A stretch of DNA of 64,000 nt from an uncultured Candidatus Saccharibacteria bacterium (GTDB taxonomy: Bacteria; Patescibacteriota; Minisyncoccia; Phycocordibacterales; DATDWN01). Below, piece after piece: positions 27,367 to 37,184 of this stretch. The stretch spans positions 31,309 through 95,308 of the forward strand of contig CAZNUU010000001.1 in the NCBI GenBank assembly GCA_964576615.1. The letters run 5' to 3'. Under the pieces are notes generated by a model that saw nothing but the letters and a program-made list of their open reading frames with translations, ran no database searches and was not told the DNA's origin. The position numbers and the translations under genes are program-made. Numbering within the stretch: position 1 is the stretch's first letter; each line of letters opens with the position of its first letter.

Positions 27367-28467
27367 ATGAAGAAAACCAGAATTGATTTACCATTTTTAA
27401 TTTCGGTTTGCATTCTGACTGTCGCAGGTTATCTTATCTTTGCCTCTGCTTCCTTGGGGCTTTTATCCAAGCAAGCTGTTAAGTATTCCAATGTAGCATT
27501 TAACCAGACTTTTTTTGGACTTTTTTTGGGATCTATTTTTTGCATATTTACATCTCATTTGGATTATAAAATATATAGAAAGTATGCATTTCTTATTTTG
27601 GGCGGTTCAATATTTGTGACACTGTTGGTCTTTGCACCGAAAATCGGAGTTGCTCATGGTGGCGCGCATCGTTGGATCAATATACTAGGGATATCTTTTC
27701 AGCCCTCGGAACTACTTAAGGTTTCATATGTGATTTTTTTCTCAGCCTGGATTGCAAAAATGAAAGATAGAGCTGGGACATTTCGTTATGGGTTTTTACC
27801 CTTTCTTATATTAACCGCAGTAGTTGGCGCAATACTCTTGAAGCAACCTGATACAGATACTTTTTTGATCACTGTTTTTTCTGGTCTAGCTATTTTTATA
27901 ACAGGGGGAGGGAAGTGGCGGTACATTTTTATTTCAGTGATTGTGGCAGTTTTAGGAATTTGGATACTTGCCATGGCAAGGCCGTATATTATGAGTAGAA
28001 TTGACACCTTCGTTCATCCAGACCAAAACGCTCTCGGTAGTGGATATCAAATCCAGCAATCCCTAATTGCTATCGGTAGTGGAGGAATGTTTGGACGGGG
28101 ATTTGGTCAAAGTATTCAGAAATTTAATGTTTTGCCGGAGCCGATAGGGGATTCCATTTTTGCGGTTGAAGGTGAGGAATTTGGATTTGTAGGTACAGTT
28201 GCACTTATTCTTCTCTTTATTTTTTTTAGCTTTCGCGGGCTTAAAATTGCCGATAAGGTACCAGATAATTTTGGTAGACTCCTGACTTTAGGAATTGTTA
28301 TAATGATTGTGTCGCAGGCTTTTGTAAATATTGGAGCCATGGTGGGGGTTTTGCCATTATCCGGCATAACCTTGCCATTTGTAAGCCAGGGCGGCACGGC
28401 TTTGTTTATGACCCTAGGTGAGGTGGGTATAGTCATGAATATTTCCAAAAGCAGGAAAAATAAATAA
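27367..28467 (+). CDS. ftsW: SEDS peptidoglycan glycosyltransferase FtsW
   Basis: GAHRWI, FQPSELLK, QPD, GYQIQQSLIAIGSGG, LPFVSQGG. Confidence 0.93.
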   Translation: MKKTRIDLPFLISVCILTVAGYLIFASASLGLLSKQAVKYSNVAFNQTFFGLFLGSIFCIFTSHLDYKIYRKYAFLILGGSIFVTLLVFAPKIGVAHGGAHRWINILGISFQPSELLKVSYVIFFSAWIAKMKDRAGTFRYGFLPFLILTAVVGAILLKQPDTDTFLITVFSGLAIFITGGGKWRYIFISVIVAVLGIWILAMARPYIMSRIDTFVHPDQNALGSGYQIQQSLIAIGSGGMFGRGFGQSIQKFNVLPEPIGDSIFAVEGEEFGFVGTVALILLFIFFSFRGLKIADKVPDNFGRLLTLGIVIMIVSQAFVNIGAMVGVLPLSGITLPFVSQGGTALFMTLGEVGIVMNISKSRKNK

Positions 28468-29609
28468 TGAGAATACTATTTACTGGTGGCGGAACAGGAG
28501 GACACTTTTATCCTATCATCGCTATTGCAGAAGAGATAAACGAAATAAGCAAGAACAACCGTCTGCTGCAGCCGGAGCTTTTTTATATGTCTACCAGCAT
28601 GTACGATGAGAATTTGTTATTCGAAAATAATATTTCCTTCGAGAAAATAAGCGCTGGCAAAATTAGACTCCAAAGAAGCGCATCAAATATTGTTTTAAAC
28701 TTAATGGGCGTACTCTCGACTTTTTTAGGAGTGATGACTGCCATCTGGAGACTTTTTGTCATTTACCCTGATGTGGTTTTTGGTAAAGGAGCTTACGTTA
28801 GCTTCCCAGCTCTTTTTGCTGCACGGCTACTTAGAATCCCAGTTGTAATTCACGAGTCAGATACCATACCCGGAAAAGTAAACAAGTGGGCCGGAAAGTT
28901 TGCTAAAAGAATTGCTATTTCCTATCCGGAAAGCATTGAATACTTTGATAAGCATAAAACCGCTTACACCGGTTGTCCAATTAGAAAGGAAGTTCAAGAG
29001 GCACTGAGCACAGGTTCACACGAGTATTTTGAATTCAGACCAGAGATAAAGACAATCTTTGTAATAGGCGGCTCGCAAGGTTCTAGGTTTATTAATGAAG
29101 TTATACTAAACACTTTGCCAGAATTAATAAAGAAATACCAAGTCGTACATCAGGTTGGGGAGAGCAATATCGATGTGGTTGAAAAAACTAGAAATGTTGT
29201 TATCCCCGACACCGACCCAAATAAAAATCGTTACAAACCCTACCCTTACTTAAATATCGTGAATTTAAGACGGGCCGCGGGAGTTTCTGACCTCATAATA
29301 TCCAGGGGCGGGTCAACAATTTTTGAGATCGCACTTTGGGGCAGACCTTCAATAATTGTGCCGATTCCAGAAGAGACATCACATGATCAGAGAAGCAATG
29401 CCTATGAATACGCCAGAACAGGTGCAGCGATTGTAATTGAAGAGAGAAATCTCGCTCCGGGTGTTCTTCTTTCTGAAATAGACAGGATTCTTTCGAATGA
29501 AAGTGAGAAAGAAAGAATGAAACAGGCAGCACTCGCTTTTGGTAAGAAAGATGCTGCGAAGTTAATTGCAGAGGAAATTATTGCTATTGCTCTGGAGCAT
29601 GAAAAATAA
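28467..29609 (+). CDS. murG: Lipid I N-acetylglucosaminyltransferase
   Basis: TGGGTGGHFYP, GGSQGS, HDQRSNA. Confidence 0.95.
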   Translation: MRILFTGGGTGGHFYPIIAIAEEINEISKNNRLLQPELFYMSTSMYDENLLFENNISFEKISAGKIRLQRSASNIVLNLMGVLSTFLGVMTAIWRLFVIYPDVVFGKGAYVSFPALFAARLLRIPVVIHESDTIPGKVNKWAGKFAKRIAISYPESIEYFDKHKTAYTGCPIRKEVQEALSTGSHEYFEFRPEIKTIFVIGGSQGSRFINEVILNTLPELIKKYQVVHQVGESNIDVVEKTRNVVIPDTDPNKNRYKPYPYLNIVNLRRAAGVSDLIISRGGSTIFEIALWGRPSIIVPIPEETSHDQRSNAYEYARTGAAIVIEERNLAPGVLLSEIDRILSNESEKERMKQAALAFGKKDAAKLIAEEIIAIALEHEK

Positions 29610-29614
29610 ATTGG

Positions 29615-30958
29615 ATGAATAAAATAGTCACAAGATTTGCACCATCGCCCACAGGCCAGTTTCATTTAGGAGGAGTTAGAACAGCCCTTTATAATTATCT
29701 CTTTGCCAGGCAAAATGCAGGAACTTACATACTGCGAAGTGAGGATACGGATAAAGCTAGATCAAAGAAAGAGTATGAAGATTCGTTTCTGGAGCTCTTT
29801 AAGTGGCTCTCATTAGAGCATGATGCTTTTTATCGACAATCAGAGCGTGGTGAAATGTACAAAAAATATATTGAAAAATTAATTGCGGATGGTTTTGCCT
29901 ACATTTCACACGAAGAACCAGCAGAAGAGGGGCAGAGATCTGAAGTGATTCGTTTTAAGAACCCAAATAAAACTATTACTTTTAGTGACATCATCTTGGG
30001 CGACATAGCGGTTGACACAACTGACCTCAAGGATTTTGTTATTGCGCGATCTATTGAGGAGCCACTCTACCATCTTACTGTCGTGGTGGATGATCATGAA
30101 ATGGGCGTAACTCACATTATTCGCGGCCAGGAACATATTTCAAATACTCCAAGACAGATTCTTATTCAAGAGGCTATAGGAGCAAAACGACCTTTATATG
30201 CTCATTTACCGCTTATTTTGGGCAAGGATAAAAGCAAGCTCTCAAAACGAGATCCTCAGGTCATTCCGGCTATAGAATATAGAGATTTGGGTTATTTACC
30301 TGAATCTATACTAAATTTCATGGCTTTAATAGGTTGGAATCCGGGCGGCGAAGATGAGATTTTTTCACTTCCAGATCTAGTTTCTAGGTTCGATCTCACA
30401 AAAGTCCAAAAGGGTGGGGGAGTATTCAATCCGGAAAAACTGAATTGGCTAAATAAAGAGCACATGAAGCTTTTGCCTAAAAGTAAGGTAAGGGAAGAGA
30501 TTTCGGAGCGTCTAAGTAAAAGCAAATTCTCTGATAGTCCAAGACTGCAGGATGAAAATTTTATGCAAAAAATCTCTGAAATTATTTTTGATCGAATTTC
30601 AAGTTGGGGCGAGATTGACGAAATAATCGGGGCAGGGGAGTTTGATTATCTTTTTGAGGAACCTAATTATGAACCAGGACTTCTCTTCCCAAAAGATGAA
30701 AAAGACAAAACTGAATTAAATAAGCATCTAAGTTGGATTTTGGATAAATTAGCCCACTCAGAGTTTAATTCTGCAGACGATATTAAAAATATCGTGTTCG
30801 ACTATGCCACTGCAAATGGTAGAGGTAAGGTTTTGTGGCCCCTTCGAGTTGCCCTTTCTGGCAGAGAAAAAAGTATTGACCCTTTTACTCTTATTTATCT
30901 TTTGGGCAAAGATGATAGTCTGAAGAGAATAAATAATGCAATTGCAAAATTATCATAA
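29615..30958 (+). CDS. gltX: Glutamate--tRNA ligase
   Basis: RFAPSPTG, HLGG, KLSKR. Confidence 0.96.
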   Translation: MNKIVTRFAPSPTGQFHLGGVRTALYNYLFARQNAGTYILRSEDTDKARSKKEYEDSFLELFKWLSLEHDAFYRQSERGEMYKKYIEKLIADGFAYISHEEPAEEGQRSEVIRFKNPNKTITFSDIILGDIAVDTTDLKDFVIARSIEEPLYHLTVVVDDHEMGVTHIIRGQEHISNTPRQILIQEAIGAKRPLYAHLPLILGKDKSKLSKRDPQVIPAIEYRDLGYLPESILNFMALIGWNPGGEDEIFSLPDLVSRFDLTKVQKGGGVFNPEKLNWLNKEHMKLLPKSKVREEISERLSKSKFSDSPRLQDENFMQKISEIIFDRISSWGEIDEIIGAGEFDYLFEEPNYEPGLLFPKDEKDKTELNKHLSWILDKLAHSEFNSADDIKNIVFDYATANGRGKVLWPLRVALSGREKSIDPFTLIYLLGKDDSLKRINNAIAKLS

Positions 30959-32189
30959 TGGAATTAAAAGATTTAGTTTTGTAGTATTGTCAGTCCTAAT
31001 AGTTGGCAATACTGCTTTTGCGCAAGAAGCCACCACTAGCGATACTTTAAAGGCCAAAATCGAGGAGAGAAACAACCAGATAAAACAGCTAGAGCAAGAA
31101 ATAAATCAATATAACGGCGAAATCCTCAATACTCAAGGGCAGGCAAGGACCCTCCAAAACACAATTAAAACTCTTGATTTAACTCGAAAGAAGATTAGTA
31201 CTGACATAAATTTAACTCAGGCCAAAATAACCAAGGCGTCTTTGAGTATCGATGATATTGATGAGAGGATTAGTGACAATAAAGCTGCGATAACTGCAGC
31301 GATCAGAAATACCAGCTTTCAAGAAGACCAGGGGCTGGTGATGACCATTCTCTCTAAAAAAAATATTGGTGAGGTTTGGGGTGATATTGATAATATAAAG
31401 CAAGTCCGTGATCTCATTCGAGTTAGAACAGGGGAACTTTCTATCCTAGAAGATAATCTTAAAATTCAGAAAAAAGAATTACAGGGGCTAAAGCAGGACC
31501 TCACAGGTAAAAAGCTGGTGGTTGAAGTCAATAAAAAAGAAAAATCTGACCTTTTAACTGAAACAAAGAATAAAGAGCAGACTTTTAAGGATCTAGTTAA
31601 GACGAAAGAACAGCTGAAGGCACAATTTGAGGCAGAAGTTTATGATTATGAGTCACAGTTAAATTATCTTATCGACCCAAAGAGTTTTCCGGGCCCTCAA
31701 CATGGTATATTATCCTGGCCGCTGGACACAGTTTTTGTTACCCAGAAATTTGGTAAAACAGTCGGTGCCGAGAGACTTTATACTTCAGGAACACATAATG
31801 GAGTGGATTTTCGAGCTACAGTTGGTACTCCAGTCAAAAACGTATTAGACGGTACTGTCTCTGGGACAGGCAATACTGATGCTTATCCGGGTTGCTACTC
31901 TTTTGGTAAATGGGTTTTGGTTCGTCATGATAATGGTTTATCTACTATATATGGTCACTTATCTGTTATAAGTGTGAGCCAAGGCCAAAGATTAAGCACT
32001 GGAGAGATAGTTGGCTACAGTGGTAACACCGGATATTCGACTGGCCCTCATCTTCACATCACAGTTTATGCCACACAAGGTGTTCGAGTAGAGAAATATG
32101 TAAATAGTCGCGGCTGTAAAGAGGCAATAATTCCACTTGCAGACCTAAGGGCTTATCTTGATCCTCTGGCATATTTTCCAAGTTTGTAA
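30936..32189 (+). CDS. Coiled-coil M23 peptidase (EnvC/MepM-like)
   Basis: Signal peptide, long coiled coil, HNGVD, YGHLS, TGPHLH. Confidence 0.9.
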   Translation: MQLQNYHNGIKRFSFVVLSVLIVGNTAFAQEATTSDTLKAKIEERNNQIKQLEQEINQYNGEILNTQGQARTLQNTIKTLDLTRKKISTDINLTQAKITKASLSIDDIDERISDNKAAITAAIRNTSFQEDQGLVMTILSKKNIGEVWGDIDNIKQVRDLIRVRTGELSILEDNLKIQKKELQGLKQDLTGKKLVVEVNKKEKSDLLTETKNKEQTFKDLVKTKEQLKAQFEAEVYDYESQLNYLIDPKSFPGPQHGILSWPLDTVFVTQKFGKTVGAERLYTSGTHNGVDFRATVGTPVKNVLDGTVSGTGNTDAYPGCYSFGKWVLVRHDNGLSTIYGHLSVISVSQGQRLSTGEIVGYSGNTGYSTGPHLHITVYATQGVRVEKYVNSRGCKEAIIPLADLRAYLDPLAYFPSL

Positions 32190-32201
32190 GATAATTTAAA
32201 T

Positions 32202-32399
32202 ATGAAAAGAAATGAAGGCTTTATCCTAAAGATAGTCCTGATTATTGTTGCCCTAGTTTTGCTTAAATATTTCCTCCACTTTGATGTCATTGAATACCTA
32301 AAGACTCCTCAAGCTCAAAAAGTCATCGGTCCTATCTGGACAGCAATAAAAGCTTTTTATAATTGGTTAGATACTTTGGTTCGAGGCTGGGTCACCTAA
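32202..32399 (+). CDS. Small membrane protein
   Basis: 65 aa, N-terminal hydrophobic helix, GATAAT-N6-ATG. Confidence 0.7.
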   Translation: MKRNEGFILKIVLIIVALVLLKYFLHFDVIEYLKTPQAQKVIGPIWTAIKAFYNWLDTLVRGWVT

Positions 32400-32407
32400 T
32401 TTACCTA

Positions 32408-32849
32408 TCAAGGTTTATGGGGCAGGGGGACTTCCCTATTGGGGAATAGTTTTTTTGAGATAGATTTGACCTTGAGTTGGGAGTAGATTGTGCGATATTT
32501 TTATGTTGCACAATCTACGATATCTTTTGCTACGTAGCACCCACGCATTAGTTATGGGCGAGTAGTTGTTTTACAAATTTCATATAAATGAGTTAATAAG
32601 CTTCCTTATCCTAGGTGCTATGGGCAAAAGATATATTGTGCGACACAGCCCTAAGCTATCCCCTAAGCATCTAGAGTATATAGGTCAGGCTTTATTTAAA
32701 AATAAATATGCATTAAAATTATATGACCCGAAGTAAGGAGACTGGCCAACCATACTTCCTCCCTAACAAGAGTTTACGGGATGGCCAACCGCAGGTTTCA
32801 GATAATTGGTGTGCGCACCCAATGATTCTGATGCAATCCCTGCGGTTTT
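32408..32849. other. Structured intergenic region at the strand-switch point (candidate ncRNA or terminus region)
   Basis: Several nested long-range helices with G-U pairs on the + strand; no ORF of 60 aa or more. Confidence 0.45.
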
Positions 32850-32865
32850 GATTATTTAGTTCCAT

Positions 32866-33663
32866 TTATACAAGACTCCAAATCTCTTCACTAAGTCTTT
32901 TTGCTTCGATTTTTGGGTCAGCAGCAAATATTATTCCTCTTGATGAGTTAATAATTAGCCCAAGACCGTCTCTATCTTTACCTGAACTCATCACGTCTTT
33001 TACTGAACCACCTTGAGCCCCGACTCCAGGCACTAAAAAAGTCAGATTTGGACAAATTTCTCTGATTTTTTTCATTTCGTTAGGATAGGTAGCCCCGACT
33101 ACAAGCATACAATTTCCATTTTTATTCCACTTGTCATTGACTTCTGTTGCTACTTTTTGCCACAGAGGCACGCCGTCAGAAATTAAATCCTGAAAATCTT
33201 TAGATCCTGGGTTTGATGTTCGGCATAGAACGACTGAAACCTTGTCACTTCTGTCTAAGAAGGGCTGAATTGCTTCTTGACCTAGGTAAGGGTGTAAAGT
33301 AACTGCATCAAAGCCCAGCCAATCAAAAATAGACTTAACATACCCATTATTCGTGTTACCAATATCGCCTCTTTTGGCGTCCAGAATTGTAAAGATCTCT
33401 GGGTGGTTGCTAGAGAGATATTCCATTGTCATCTTTAACTCGGAAATACCGCCATCACCTCTTGCTTCGTAAAAAGCAGAATTTGGCTTATAAGCAGCGG
33501 CATAGTCGTTTGTTTCTTCAATTATCCATTTGTTGAACTCGAATTGAGGGTGTTTTAGCTTTTTGAACTTCTCAGGGATCTTGTCGTAGTCAGAGTCAAG
33601 CCCCACACATAATAGTGAGTTAATTTTCAACGCCCGTTTATTGTACTTATCGTTTGTATTCAT
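32866..33663 (-). CDS. pyrF: Orotidine-5'-phosphate decarboxylase
   Basis: LCVGLD, DAKRGDIGNT, RTSNPGS, LVPGVGAQGG. Confidence 0.95.
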   Translation of the reverse strand: MNTNDKYNKRALKINSLLCVGLDSDYDKIPEKFKKLKHPQFEFNKWIIEETNDYAAAYKPNSAFYEARGDGGISELKMTMEYLSSNHPEIFTILDAKRGDIGNTNNGYVKSIFDWLGFDAVTLHPYLGQEAIQPFLDRSDKVSVVLCRTSNPGSKDFQDLISDGVPLWQKVATEVNDKWNKNGNCMLVVGATYPNEMKKIREICPNLTFLVPGVGAQGGSVKDVMSSGKDRDGLGLIINSSRGIIFAADPKIEAKRLSEEIWSLV

Positions 33664-34301
33664 TTTTCCTTCCTTTTGGTCCATAGCCACGGATTTGTAT
33701 ACCACTCCCTGACACTTGCTGCTTCTATTTCCGTGCATTTCCCCATTTTTATTGCTGTTTTTAAAAGTACTGAAAATGGAGTTAGTGCATGTAGTTTTAT
33801 TCGCTGCTTTTTGAAAGCCCTAATGGATTCTGGGAAACCATAGCTTACAATTACCAGGCAATCAATGACTTTTGCACCTGATTCTCGCAATGCCCTAACC
33901 CCAGAAAGACTACTGCCACCCATTGTTACCAGATCTTCAATCAATAAGACTTTTTTCGTCCTAACATCTCCACCTTCTACTAGTTTCTTTGTTCCATGAT
34001 CCTTCTGTTGTTTTCTAACAAAAACAGACGGCTTGTTTAATAAATAACCTAAAGCCGCACTATGAGGTATTCCCGCAGATTCAATTCCAGCAATAAAATC
34101 AAATTCAATTTCCTTTGATTTTATTGTATCTTTCATTGCATTTAAAATTACTTTCCATTTATCTGGATATGAAGGTAGCTTTCTATTATCAACATAAACT
34201 GGTGAGAGAATACCAGACTTGAACCTAATTGGCTCGCCTTTGACGAATCCTACAGCATTTATCTCAAGTAGTGCCTTGGCTACTTTTTCTTCGGTTTTCA
34301 T
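33660..34301 (-). CDS. pyrE: Orotate phosphoribosyltransferase
   Basis: SGILSPVYVD, RKQQKDHG, LIEDLVTMGGS. Confidence 0.95.
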   Translation of the reverse strand: MKTEEKVAKALLEINAVGFVKGEPIRFKSGILSPVYVDNRKLPSYPDKWKVILNAMKDTIKSKEIEFDFIAGIESAGIPHSAALGYLLNKPSVFVRKQQKDHGTKKLVEGGDVRTKKVLLIEDLVTMGGSSLSGVRALRESGAKVIDCLVIVSYGFPESIRAFKKQRIKLHALTPFSVLLKTAIKMGKCTEIEAASVREWYTNPWLWTKRKEK

Positions 34302-35368
34302 ATTCCCTCTTTTATTTCTTGCGCTAATAAAGGATTCCACATTGCACCTGTGGCAGACATAACTGAATCAGCACCAGCCTCTTTATAAGCTAGATAGTCC
34401 TGCAGGTCTAAAACACCACCAACCCCCTCAATCGAAAATGAGTATTTATTTTTATCCTTGATCTCTTTTAGTCTTTTAACAAAATCTAAACCAGCCCACT
34501 TTATGCCCGTACCACAGACACCCGAGCGTAGACGCGCCGGTGAACCAGGTAGGGCCTGATTACCCTTCTTATCTCTTATTTCCCCCTGCAAGGTGTTTAT
34601 GCCGGAAATATTTACGTTATACTTATGTGCAATCTCAGCGAGATTTTCCATGTCCGCGTCGTTCTGGTAGTATCCAACTTTTAAAACCAGGGGTGTATTA
34701 CCAATTACACCCTTTATCCCCTTAACCACTTTTTCAGTTACATCTAAGTTATAACAAACTAGACCTTCATTCCCTATATTTGGACAGGAAAGATTAGTTT
34801 CCAAAACTTTCGCTCCAGTCTCATAAGCTAGTTTAGCGGCTAAAACATAATCAGCAATAAATTCATCCTGAGTCTGGTTTGGCCTCACTGTCCCCATAAA
34901 ACTTAAGACCAAGACTTGTCCTTCTCCAGCATAAGAAATCGCTTTTCTCGCATCTTCCTGCCAGGTTGCAGCTTCCTTGGACGGGACACCAAAAGAATTG
35001 GTGATTGATAGTGGATCAGAATAATTTTTATCAGCAATGAGAGGACTTCTTAACTTTTCTAGTGTTAGATCACCATCAGGGTGAATAGCTAGAACGTTAG
35101 GAAAGGGGTGGCATGGAAATGTCCCACCCCGAACAGTTTTATAGACACAAATATCAAATCCCTTTTCAAAAGCTGCTTTGCAAAACTTACTATTGAGTAG
35201 TGGTCCCGCTGGAATTCCAAACGGTAAATACACTTTTTGTCCTAGAAATTCATTTGTCGGGTCTTCCTTCGGGGTGTATCTGTTATTGTCTGCAAATGCT
35301 CCGTATGGGCCGGCATCATAGTTTTCTTCGTATGTTTTTTCGGGATCGTAAAATGGAGTTTTTATCAT
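34298..35368 (-). CDS. pyrD: Dihydroorotate dehydrogenase-like flavoprotein
   Basis: GIPAGP, TNSFG, ETNLSCPN, GINT, GVGGV; position in the pyr operon. Confidence 0.8.
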   Translation of the reverse strand: MIKTPFYDPEKTYEENYDAGPYGAFADNNRYTPKEDPTNEFLGQKVYLPFGIPAGPLLNSKFCKAAFEKGFDICVYKTVRGGTFPCHPFPNVLAIHPDGDLTLEKLRSPLIADKNYSDPLSITNSFGVPSKEAATWQEDARKAISYAGEGQVLVLSFMGTVRPNQTQDEFIADYVLAAKLAYETGAKVLETNLSCPNIGNEGLVCYNLDVTEKVVKGIKGVIGNTPLVLKVGYYQNDADMENLAEIAHKYNVNISGINTLQGEIRDKKGNQALPGSPARLRSGVCGTGIKWAGLDFVKRLKEIKDKNKYSFSIEGVGGVLDLQDYLAYKEAGADSVMSATGAMWNPLLAQEIKEGI

Positions 35369-36411
35369 AATGAGGCTACTATCTTACCGTTATCTACAAC
35401 TCTCTTACCTCTTATTACTACAGTCATAATTTTAGCAGGAAGTTTTATTCCGTGGAAAGGCGACCATCCGCACTTACTCTGGTAACCATCATCCCCCACC
35501 ACCCATTCCTTTTCTGTATCAAGTTCAATGTATGTATCTTTCTGTTCTGGAATACTAAAAATTTCTTTCGGTTTTTCGTATAAAAATTTCAAAATATCTT
35601 CAGCACTTATTTTTTTATCAGCTACTGCCTTGTACATAAGGCCCAGAGCAGTCTCCAGGCCGGGCACACCAAATGCAGGTGGATCCTTCTCCTTTTCTTC
35701 CTTTGTGTGAGGCGCGTGATCTGTCTCTACAATATCAATTGTTCTGTCTCGCAGACCCTGCCAAAGAGCATCCTGATCTTCCTGTGTCCCTAAAGGAGGT
35801 TTCATACAGGCATATCCTTTCATCGTTTCCCTATCCTTACCTGTCATATACAAATGATGAGGGCAAACACCCGCAGTAATCATTTGGCCTTTTGCCTTGG
35901 CGGCTCTTACCATTTCTACCTCGCTTTTTTGAGAAATGTGGCAAACATGTAATCTCCTTTTGTACTTTTCAGCCATGGAGATCGCCATTTTTAGCTGTTC
36001 TCCTTCAGCATGCACCAGGATTGGTTTGTGATGATTCCAAGCTAAAAAAACTTTATTTAAAAGTATTGGATCTTCAATAAGCATTTCTCCTGTAGTATGA
36101 TTGCAATAAAGTTTCAACCCAAAAACCAAAGGGTTATCCCAAACTTCCGAGAAAGTCTCAGTATTCTCTCCGTTTGTGCCGTAGTGAAATCCTATATCAC
36201 AAATAGCCTTTTCCTTTGCAAGTAAGATTTTCTCCTGCAATCTCTCAGGTGAAATAGTAGGCTTTGGATTATTTGGCATATCAATGATGAAGGTGAATCC
36301 TCCTATAACCGCAGCACGGGATCCAGTATAAAAGTCCTCTTTGTGAGTTGCCCCCGGGTCTCTCAAATGGACATGAGCATCAATTAATCCAGGTAGTTTG
36401 ATTTTTGCCAT
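35365..36411 (-). CDS. pyrC: Dihydroorotase
   Basis: PGLIDAHVHLRDPG, DMPN, TDHAPH. Confidence 0.93.
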   Translation of the reverse strand: MAKIKLPGLIDAHVHLRDPGATHKEDFYTGSRAAVIGGFTFIIDMPNNPKPTISPERLQEKILLAKEKAICDIGFHYGTNGENTETFSEVWDNPLVFGLKLYCNHTTGEMLIEDPILLNKVFLAWNHHKPILVHAEGEQLKMAISMAEKYKRRLHVCHISQKSEVEMVRAAKAKGQMITAGVCPHHLYMTGKDRETMKGYACMKPPLGTQEDQDALWQGLRDRTIDIVETDHAPHTKEEKEKDPPAFGVPGLETALGLMYKAVADKKISAEDILKFLYEKPKEIFSIPEQKDTYIELDTEKEWVVGDDGYQSKCGWSPFHGIKLPAKIMTVVIRGKRVVDNGKIVASL

Positions 36412-36472
36412 TAATTCATAATAGCAAATTGACTTAAGTTTAAAAAAGGGTTAGTTTAATTTTGGAGGCTTT

Positions 36473-36646
36473 ATGGATCCTGATGCCCCAATTGTTCGGG
36501 AAATGAAAGTCGTGATTCCGAAAGAGTTAGCCGATAGGCTTCGGCCTCTCGCGCAACACCGCAATCAAAGTGTCGAGGACTACGTTCTCTCTATTGCGAC
36601 CGAAAAGGCCGACGAGGATGACCGTCGCAGGCGAAATGACACCTAA
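36473..36646 (+). CDS. Ribbon-helix-helix-like small protein, 57 aa (GC-rich cassette; not in the ORF track)
   Basis: MDPDAPIVREMKVVIPKELADRLRPLAQHRNQSVEDYVLSIATEKADEDDRRRRNDT; TTGACT-17-TAGTTT, GGAGG SD, terminator 36649-36672. Confidence 0.75.
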   Translation: MDPDAPIVREMKVVIPKELADRLRPLAQHRNQSVEDYVLSIATEKADEDDRRRRNDT

Positions 36647-36680
36647 CCAAGTGGCCCGGATATCGGGCCACTTCTATTTA

Positions 36681-36710
36681 AACAACAAAACCCCTTTCGG
36701 GGTCTTGTTG
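36681..36710 (-). terminator. Intrinsic terminator of the transglycosylase-like gene
   Basis: caacaagacccc-gaaa-ggggttttgttg-tt on the - strand. Confidence 0.75.
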
Positions 36711-36716
36711 CAAGTC

Positions 36717-37184
36717 TTATTTGTTTATAGCTAGATCCTTGTTCTCACCTGTGGCAACATATTTGCCCCAGCAAGCTCTTGAAGAATTCCAGGGATCAGT
36801 TCCCTGTCTCTCGTACAAATCCCTTGCGTAGGCTGTGTTTCCTTCCAAAGTGTAGATGTTAAGGTTCTCTCTCTTCGCAGTATTAAGGTGGTAAAGTTCG
36901 TTAATTTGCATTACTCCCACATCGGCATTGTTGACTACACCTCGATGGATTTCTCCATCCGAGTCCAACTGTCTGAAATGAGATTCACATTTAGCGATCT
37001 CAATCATAATTGGAACATCTTTGAAGTATTGTCGAACAAACTGTTCGGTCGACATAATGTTGTCGATCTCATCTGCGGTAATTTTCTTAACGACAGATGA
37101 TTCAGTAATACTTGCCTCTGTGCTTGGAAGAGTAGCTGGAACTTTTGGACCTGTAATCCCCGTCATGGTCGATACAACCATCAA
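36717..37184 (-). CDS. Lysozyme/lytic transglycosylase-like secreted protein (start uncertain)
   Basis: IAKCES catalytic Glu, GVMQIN, N..YA..LY, PW..S..CW. Confidence 0.75.
   Translation of the reverse strand: MMVVSTMTGITGPKVPATLPSTEASITESSVVKKITADEIDNIMSTEQFVRQYFKDVPIMIEIAKCESHFRQLDSDGEIHRGVVNNADVGVMQINELYHLNTAKRENLNIYTLEGNTAYARDLYERQGTDPWNSSRACWGKYVATGENKDLAINK

Noticed and set aside
32483-32520. Possible dif site (TTATGTTGCAC resembles a XerD arm)
   Set aside because: The left arm and spacer do not match the XerC consensus; better explained as part of a palindrome.
32723-32851. 42-codon ORF MTRSKETGQP on +
   Set aside because: No recognisable features and it overlaps a long hairpin; not enough support.
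32400-32865. RNase P, tmRNA or SRP RNA
   Set aside because: AGGGAAGTCC resembles the RNase P P4 strand but is at the wrong end with no partner; no TTCGA T-loop or SRP loop motif.
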